From contig CAXXSM010000076.1 in assembly GCA_963663405.2 (NCBI GenBank), forward strand, positions 96,001 through 160,000: a stretch of 64,000 nt of DNA. Reading direction: 5' to 3'. The position numbers were made by a program, and so were the translations under genes. The notes under the pieces are model-generated. The model was not told the origin of the DNA. It was given only the letters and a program-made list of their open reading frames with translations, and ran no database searches. Within the stretch, counting starts at the first letter, position 1; the number at the start of each line of letters is the position of its first letter. Below are positions 57,829 to 64,000 of this stretch, piece by piece. The DNA comes from a bacterium. GTDB taxonomy: Bacteria > Hinthialibacterota > Hinthialibacteria > Hinthialibacterales > Hinthialibacteraceae.

Positions 57829-60363
57829 TCAATACAATCGCCAGTCATCAACGGATACCGGTAGAACGCTGTCGAGATAGCCGCTGCGCAGTTCAACAAA
57901 TTCGCGCAGGATTTGATACGAATCAACAATCTGCTGGCGCCGTCTTGATTGCGATCGATTGAGATAGTCTTCCAAGAGGGCCAAGTCGTCGAGCAGTATT
58001 CCTTCATCGCGATCTATTTCAGTCAACACAGGGGCGTCCGGAATTAGAAACTGGCGGTTCAGTTCGACTCGGAGACGTCTTAGATATTCCTCATGAATCC
58101 CCGTGTCTTTGTGGAAGAGGCCGGTGATGTCTCCAGGACGGCGTGAGCCGTGCTCCGCTTGACCATTCAGGGGAAAATCAGGAGGCATCCGGTAGAACTG
58201 CGCGTTGCTGTCGGTGAATCCCCACGTTTTATCAAGATCCCAGGGGATGATTTCCCAGTGCCCACCGTCTTCTTCGGGATTCAAGTACATCCAATTATTG
58301 TTGTGGAAACCATCCCAATTGCTGCATAGTACGGAGACGACGCTGTAGGTCAGAAATTCCTCTACATCGAGATATTTTTCGATTGCTTCACGGCGGCGGC
58401 TCGCAAGATTGGTATTCAGCGCGTTAAGGAGGGTTTGGATGCTTTCGTTCCCTTCGTCTTTATTCGTATGTTTGATGAAACCGGTGTTGTGTTCCAATTT
58501 ATAAAGGTCCATACTGGAATCGCGATCATTCATCTCTAAGAATATTTCATTGACCTGCTGGACGATCAATCGCTGGGTATGGGATTCCTGCGCCGTTCCC
58601 GGATTCTCGATGACGCGGTACCAATCAACGCGAGGCGCCAGTATTCCATTTTGACGGTAGAACCAGAATCCCAGATATTCGCGGAAAGGCCCTGTTGGTC
58701 CAGCCGTGCCGCTGAATGAGGGCGCTTCGGGAATGATGTTGATCGTTCTGTCTCCCCGGAATTCTTCGCCTTTGTTGAATTTGATCTTGTTCCCATTTTC
58801 GGAGCGGATATACCGGACGCCGTCGAATACTTCGAGCTGATTCCCCTCCGGAAGATATGTCACCGCCGCATCGTATTGGTTGGCGCTTTCCGGCAGGGAA
58901 GAGGAGATGGAATCGTAGATCCACAAAATTGGCAGTATTGATTCGATCTCTCCGTCAAAGACGAAATACGATTCGAAGGGATGGCGTTCCGCCTCGTGGG
59001 GGAGCCTTAGAATTTGCCCATCGGTCCGTTCAATCTCGATGTTATATCGGATCAAGGATTGAGAAGGGAAGGGAGGCAGTACGGCTTCCAGGGTTACGGA
59101 ATCTATAGATCGGCCGGCGATGGTCATGGGGATTCGATCTTGGTTGTCCTGTGAGACACCGCTGGGTAATACTGTTGGGGCGAGGACAAAGTCGGTACTG
59201 TCCGATAGCCAGACGTTAAAGCCAACCAACGCGATCACGTTTTGTCCCACATGGAGTATGTTCCGGGCGTTCCCTAGTTCAATCTCTGTAAGGGTATCCG
59301 ATTCATGGTTCTCGACGGCCAGTGATTCATGTGTATATGGATCCGGCGCGGTGTGGCGCGCTGCCTCATTTCCGTTAATGTAGCAGATAAATCCATCGTC
59401 GTGATAGATACTTAGCGTCAATGCGCCTAGTGATGCGGGATCGTCTACAGTGAATTCCCGGCGGATGTAAAATGTCGTGTAGGATCCACGCATATCCGGT
59501 AATAGTGTATTTACTCGCTCGGTGTCTCCGTATCCAAAACCACCCGGCCCTTGTTCCCAGGATGAATCGTCAAAATCGAGCGATGTCCATTCCATTCCTT
59601 CGGATGGTTCTGACAGTCCCTTCCAATAGCGCCATGTGTCATTGGCGTTGATCAGGGCGTTTGGATTTGATGCTGCGCTTTTTCCCACACGTTCGTATAG
59701 AAGATAGGCGGAATTGATGATCTCCGGTGAGGAAAGACCGAACCGCGCGTGCACTTCTTCTGCTGAAGTTGGATTTCGAGGGATTCTTTCATGGGAGATA
59801 ATTAAAGGGCGGGGAAGTGTTCCATCGACTGAATTACGCGCGCCAGGAGTGCCTTCATCCCGAAGCGAAGCGCGCCAGGAGTGAAAATCCCCCGCTGGCA
59901 GATCCCATGCGATCCGTTCGAGTGTGCGTCCATACCCGTCCGCTCCACGCGGCCAGGGGGAATCATCGTCGTAGCGGAAATTCTCGACTTGTGTCCCGTC
60001 CGGGCGTTGGAGAGTTAACCGTTCGCCTCCATTGGAGAGTTTTCCATCGAATGGGCCTAGGACGGAATAGGATTTATTACGCCAAGTCCGGTGTGTGGGA
60101 ACGCGGGCCACAATTAAATAGGCCCCAGCGCTCAAACTGGTTCCTTGGGGGAATGTATAGGTTACGCCGTTCGTTAAAGCGTATCCAGACAGATCCACGG
60201 CGCCCGGTCCAGGATTGTAGATCTCAATAAATTCCCGAAGTCCACCACCTTCATCCCCTTGATCAACCGGGTCGTAATTGAGTTCGTTAATAACTACATC
60301 TCCCCATCCAATCATGGGACATACCATTAATATCGCGAATACAAACAATGGAATCCGTTTCAT
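57829..60363 (-). CDS. Secreted lamin-tail-domain + CotH kinase family protein with C-terminal W-motif
   Basis: VVINELNY..EFIEIYN..VDLSGY..LSNGGE (LTD) and NWDGFHNN..WEIIPWDLD (CotH). Ends PVSVDDWRLY. Confidence 0.88.
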   Translation of the reverse strand: MKRIPLFVFAILMVCPMIGWGDVVINELNYDPVDQGDEGGGLREFIEIYNPGPGAVDLSGYALTNGVTYTFPQGTSLSAGAYLIVARVPTHRTWRNKSYSVLGPFDGKLSNGGERLTLQRPDGTQVENFRYDDDSPWPRGADGYGRTLERIAWDLPAGDFHSWRASLRDEGTPGARNSVDGTLPRPLIISHERIPRNPTSAEEVHARFGLSSPEIINSAYLLYERVGKSAASNPNALINANDTWRYWKGLSEPSEGMEWTSLDFDDSSWEQGPGGFGYGDTERVNTLLPDMRGSYTTFYIRREFTVDDPASLGALTLSIYHDDGFICYINGNEAARHTAPDPYTHESLAVENHESDTLTEIELGNARNILHVGQNVIALVGFNVWLSDSTDFVLAPTVLPSGVSQDNQDRIPMTIAGRSIDSVTLEAVLPPFPSQSLIRYNIEIERTDGQILRLPHEAERHPFESYFVFDGEIESILPILWIYDSISSSLPESANQYDAAVTYLPEGNQLEVFDGVRYIRSENGNKIKFNKGEEFRGDRTINIIPEAPSFSGTAGPTGPFREYLGFWFYRQNGILAPRVDWYRVIENPGTAQESHTQRLIVQQVNEIFLEMNDRDSSMDLYKLEHNTGFIKHTNKDEGNESIQTLLNALNTNLASRRREAIEKYLDVEEFLTYSVVSVLCSNWDGFHNNNWMYLNPEEDGGHWEIIPWDLDKTWGFTDSNAQFYRMPPDFPLNGQAEHGSRRPGDITGLFHKDTGIHEEYLRRLRVELNRQFLIPDAPVLTEIDRDEGILLDDLALLEDYLNRSQSRRRQQIVDSYQILREFVELRSGYLDSVLPVSVDDWRLY

Positions 60364-60737
60364 TGTTTCAATCTTTCCTCCGAGTATCTTTTTAAGTATA
60401 TCGAAGATTGAAAGATCGTCAAAAGTATATGCTTTGGTAAACTTGCCAAAATTCATTGGGATTCTTCTAGAAGCGAAATCAGACGCCTTGAGACCGAAAT
60501 ACTATGAACGGATGAACCTCTTTTTTGTCTATCTAAATATGAATGTGGCTTGATATGAATGTGGCTTGGATTGTTCGAGTGAATCGAAATCTGAATATCC
60601 CGATCAATGTGTTTGTGTATAATTTTGTAAAAAATCGAATGGTTGATACGATACGATACAATATTTTACATTGCTTTATTGAATTAAGAATGAATGCAAA
60701 TTTAATAAGACAGATTGAAATATAGGAGAGAATAATT

Positions 60738-62713
60738 ATGCGATATTCCTTTTTTTTCATTTTAACGTTCTTTTTAGCCTTCCCTGGTTTCTCGCAAACA
60801 GACGTTCCTACAATCAACGAACCGATATTAACCATTCCTTACGGTTTCGAACCGGGTGCGTTATGTTTGACTTTTTCGCCGGATGGCAAACTGCTTGCTG
60901 GTTTCGGTGATGGCGCCATAAGAATCATTCGAAGTCCAGACGTATCGTATAATGACGAAATTGTTCTGATCGATCCAGAAGCAGCTATTACAGCCATTCA
61001 TCTTTCTCCAGACAATCAAATCATTATAACAGGTAATGCCAAAGGACAATTAAAATTATGGGATTTTGAAACAAACGAATTTCTACAACAACTTGGTGAG
61101 CATGATTCTCCAATCCGGGAGGTTGCATGGTCGCCGGACGGTTCTTTCATTATTAGCGGAAGTGATAATGGTGTCGCTTTATTGTGGGATGCGAACAGTA
61201 GAACGTTACTGGAGCGATTTCCCCTATCTTCTCAAGAAATAATTGGTGTTGGTTTCTCCTCGGATAGCAGCCGTTTTTTCGCCGCATCGTCCGATGGCGT
61301 TCTTAGACTCTACGATTCGAACGATCCATCCAATCTGATTCAAGATCTTCAAACAAATATTCCAATTTATACTGCTTGTTTATCTCCGAACGCCGATCGA
61401 ATTGCCGCGTGCGGTGAAGAAAAAATCTTATTATGGGAAAAAGAAACAAACGAATGGAACGATATAATCATCCGTGAATATCAAACACCGGGCGCCGCCT
61501 GTGAATTTTCTTCGGATGGAAAAAGCCTCTATGTTGCGATGGAAAAGGCCTTCGTTTATTTTGACATTGAAACGAGAGAAAGACATGTATATTATCTTCC
61601 GGAGGATAACGATACTTGTCCTATTACCGATATGGCCGTGTCGGACCGATTTCTTGCGGATAATAGTGAGATGGTTTATGCGCTCGCTTATCGATGCGGT
61701 AAAAGCCGCCCCGTTGAAATTCGGACGACTAAAGAAAAACAATTAGTGAGTACTCTTCGAAATCCAAGTTTTTACGGACAACAACATATTTGCGATTTAT
61801 CAGAAGATGGTTCGCAATTGCTTCTAGCGATGGGGCGCTGTAAGGATAGAAAAAATCCAAACTATTATTCTTCGATCCTTATCCGAGATCCCAACACCGG
61901 TGAAATCGTGCAAGAATTCAAAGAGCATGGTGAATGGGGAACGGGGAGTTTTTTACCAGGAAGCAAGCAATTTATAAGCGGCAGCAATCTTGGTTTGCGG
62001 TTGTGGGATATATCAAAAACAGATCCTGTGTTCTCTTATCCTGATTATACAAAGAAATCTGGGACATTGCTGTTTCTCCATCGGGAGACCGGATGGCGGC
62101 CGCTAGTTATTCAAACACACGCGATGTCGTAGACGTCTTGGATTTGACTACTGGCGAAATATATTATTCATTCAGTGAGGGAGACGATATTATAACTTCG
62201 GTTGAGTTTTCCCCCAACGGCGCATCCATTATCGCAGGTGGTTACAATAAAAAGATCTACGTTTTTAACGCTAGCGATGGACAATTAATTCATTCGCTGG
62301 ATTTGAATGATTCCTACCCAGAAATTTTTGACATTGCTTTTGCGCCTGATAGTAAAACGTTTGTTACTGCCAATAATTTCAACGATGTTTCGGCATGGGA
62401 TTATGAAACAGGTGAATTGAATATCATATTTGATTTTGGTCATTACCCCTTCGCATCAGTGGAAGTGTCGCCGGATGGAAAATGGGTAGCCGTGGGTTGT
62501 CTATCTGTCTATCCGGTATTTATCGGTGATATGAACACGGGTAAATTGATTGCAAAATTGGAGGGCGGTCAGGATTCGGTCCAAAGCATTAAATTTTTCC
62601 CCGGCGGGAATAGACTCGTCACCTCTGCGGCGGACGGTTCCGCGATGATTTGGGATTTAAATGGACTCTTATCCTCCTCTAATGTTGAAAATTGGGATCT
62701 GTATGATAAATAA
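60738..62713 (+). CDS. Secreted WD40-repeat protein with C-terminal W-motif, one frameshift near 62051
   Basis: Signal peptide and FSPDG..LWD repeats. Restoring one A in ACAAAGAAATC gives TKEIWDIAVSPSGDRMAAAS and joins the two ORFs. Ends SSNVENWDLYDK. Confidence 0.85.
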
Positions 62714-62846
62714 GATAAACTATCATGATCGAGATCGCAACCTGCAAATGAAAATGAGTCGCGGGAGTGTTTGCGAATGAGAAAGTACAGGGGACTCATT
62801 TTTATATAAATATCTTTAGCATGTATTCATTTGCCGGATAAGCAGG

Positions 62847-62879
62847 AAATAGAAAAGGGGCGTCTTGCCGGCGCCCCTT
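62847..62879 (-). terminator. Rho-independent terminator of xylA
   Basis: AAGGGGCG...CGCCCCTT stem followed by TTCTATTT on the minus strand. Confidence 0.8.
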
Positions 62880-62905
62880 GCAGGTTTCAATTTATTGTAA
62901 GATTT

Positions 62906-64000
62906 TTAGCGAATATATTCATTGAGGATATTTTCGAGATACTCCTGCCGTCCGCTTTGGACTTCAGGTTCACCGTTTTCGAGGGTGTATGCGTTGAGGG
63001 ATTCGAAGTCCATTTCTCTGTTTTCGATCTTTTGGCCAAGTCCGGTGTCCCAGCCGCCGTATCGCTGTTGGAGGAAATCTTCGAAGGGTTTCTCTTCGAT
63101 TAACTTCGCCGCGATTTTTAAGCCCCGCGCAAAAGCGTCCATTCCACCGATGTGCGCATGGAAGAGATCGGCTCCATCGATCGACTGCCGTCTCACTTTG
63201 GCGTCGAAATTGAGCCCTCCTGTTTTAAAACCACCCGCTTTAGTGATGATGTACATCCCCAGCGCCGTGTCGTAGAGATCGGTCGGGAATTGATCGGTGT
63301 CCCATCCTAACAATAGATCTCCCCCGGTTCGCGTCGACGGATCCTAGGATGTCATTCGCGGCGCAGAACGCCAGTTCGTGGTGGAATGTGTGGCCCGCCA
63401 ATGTGGCGTGGTTCGCTTCGATGTTCATCTTGAAATCGTTCACGAGTCCATATTTTTGGAGGAACGCGTAGCAGTTCCCCGCGTCGAAATCGTATTGATG
63501 CTTTGTGGGTTCTTTGGGCTTGGGTTCAATATAGAATTGGCCTTCAAAGCCGATTTTCTTTTTATAATCAACCGCCATATTTAAAAACGCGCCTAGGTGA
63601 TCGAGTTCGCGTTTCATGTCCGTGTTTAAAAGAGTTTCGTAACCTTCCCGTCCACCCCAGAATACATAGCCTTCTCCACCCAGTTCTTTGGTGACTTCCA
63701 TCGCTTTTTTTACTTGGCTGGCGGCGTAGGCGAAAACGGCGGGAGATGGATTGGTCGCCGCGCCCGCGAGAAACCGGCGGTGACTGAACATATTGCTCGT
63801 TCCCCATAGCAGTTTCATCCCTGCGTCCGCCTGCTTTTTCTTGGCGAGAGAGACGATATGATCCAAGCGTTTATTGGTTTCATCGAGCGTATCGGCTTCC
63901 GGGGCGATGTCCCGGTCGTGGAAACACCAGAATTGAACGCCCAGTTTGGTAAAGAATTCAAACGCGGGCGTCCAACGTCATTTCTGCGATCTTCATTGGA
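62906..64000 (-). CDS. xylA: Xylose isomerase, 5' end beyond the window, +1 homopolymer frameshifts at ~63323 and ~63966
   Basis: [58 protein letters not shown] and [11 protein letters not shown]. Confidence 0.96.

Noticed and set aside
60533-60835. Small ORFs and the ATATGAATGTGGCTTG duplication in the CotH/WD40 spacer
   Set aside because: The ORFs are low-complexity AT-rich sequence with no SD support. The 16-bp tandem duplication (~60538-60569) looks like a local slippage event.

Overview
Gene-dense bacterial chromosome window (moderate GC, AT-rich intergenic stretches) with no rRNA, tRNA, CRISPR array, integrase or transposase that I could see. The gene content is PVC-like: Tat-exported TIM barrels, an FGE-sulfatase, LTD-CotH, a PQQ propeller and many prepilin-type genes. 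It suggests a poorly studied candidate phylum such as Hinthialibacterota/OLB16; that placement is inference only. Several conserved genes (lhr, xylA, a WD40 gene) are broken by +/-1 indels in homopolymers, most likely long-read assembly errors. Four signals stand out. (1) Five otherwise unrelated Sec-exported proteins end in the same short C-terminal motif, about [STV]-x-[VI]-x-[NDH]-W-x-[LV]-[YFH]-COOH, a candidate undescribed sorting or surface-display tag. (2) Six dispersed paralogous pilin-like genes share a fixed scaffold (GFTLIELL..PNFLNAQ.RAK / L[TS][TS]P..Y / GPD / Y..SNGL.S.GD) with variable loops. (3) One pilin and one tagged protein lie divergently inside a sugar-catabolism cluster and share a TATACGTATA-type LacI operator, and another pilin was tandemly duplicated together with the 5' end of a tagged gene. 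Together these suggest a pilin plus tagged-protein substrate-capture system in place of SusC/D. (4) An exported LolA-like/TlpA/jelly-roll fusion is split by an in-frame UGA at a UxxC site followed by a SECIS-like hairpin, so it is probably a selenoprotein. REP-like repeats and a ~150 bp direct repeat bracket several accessory genes.
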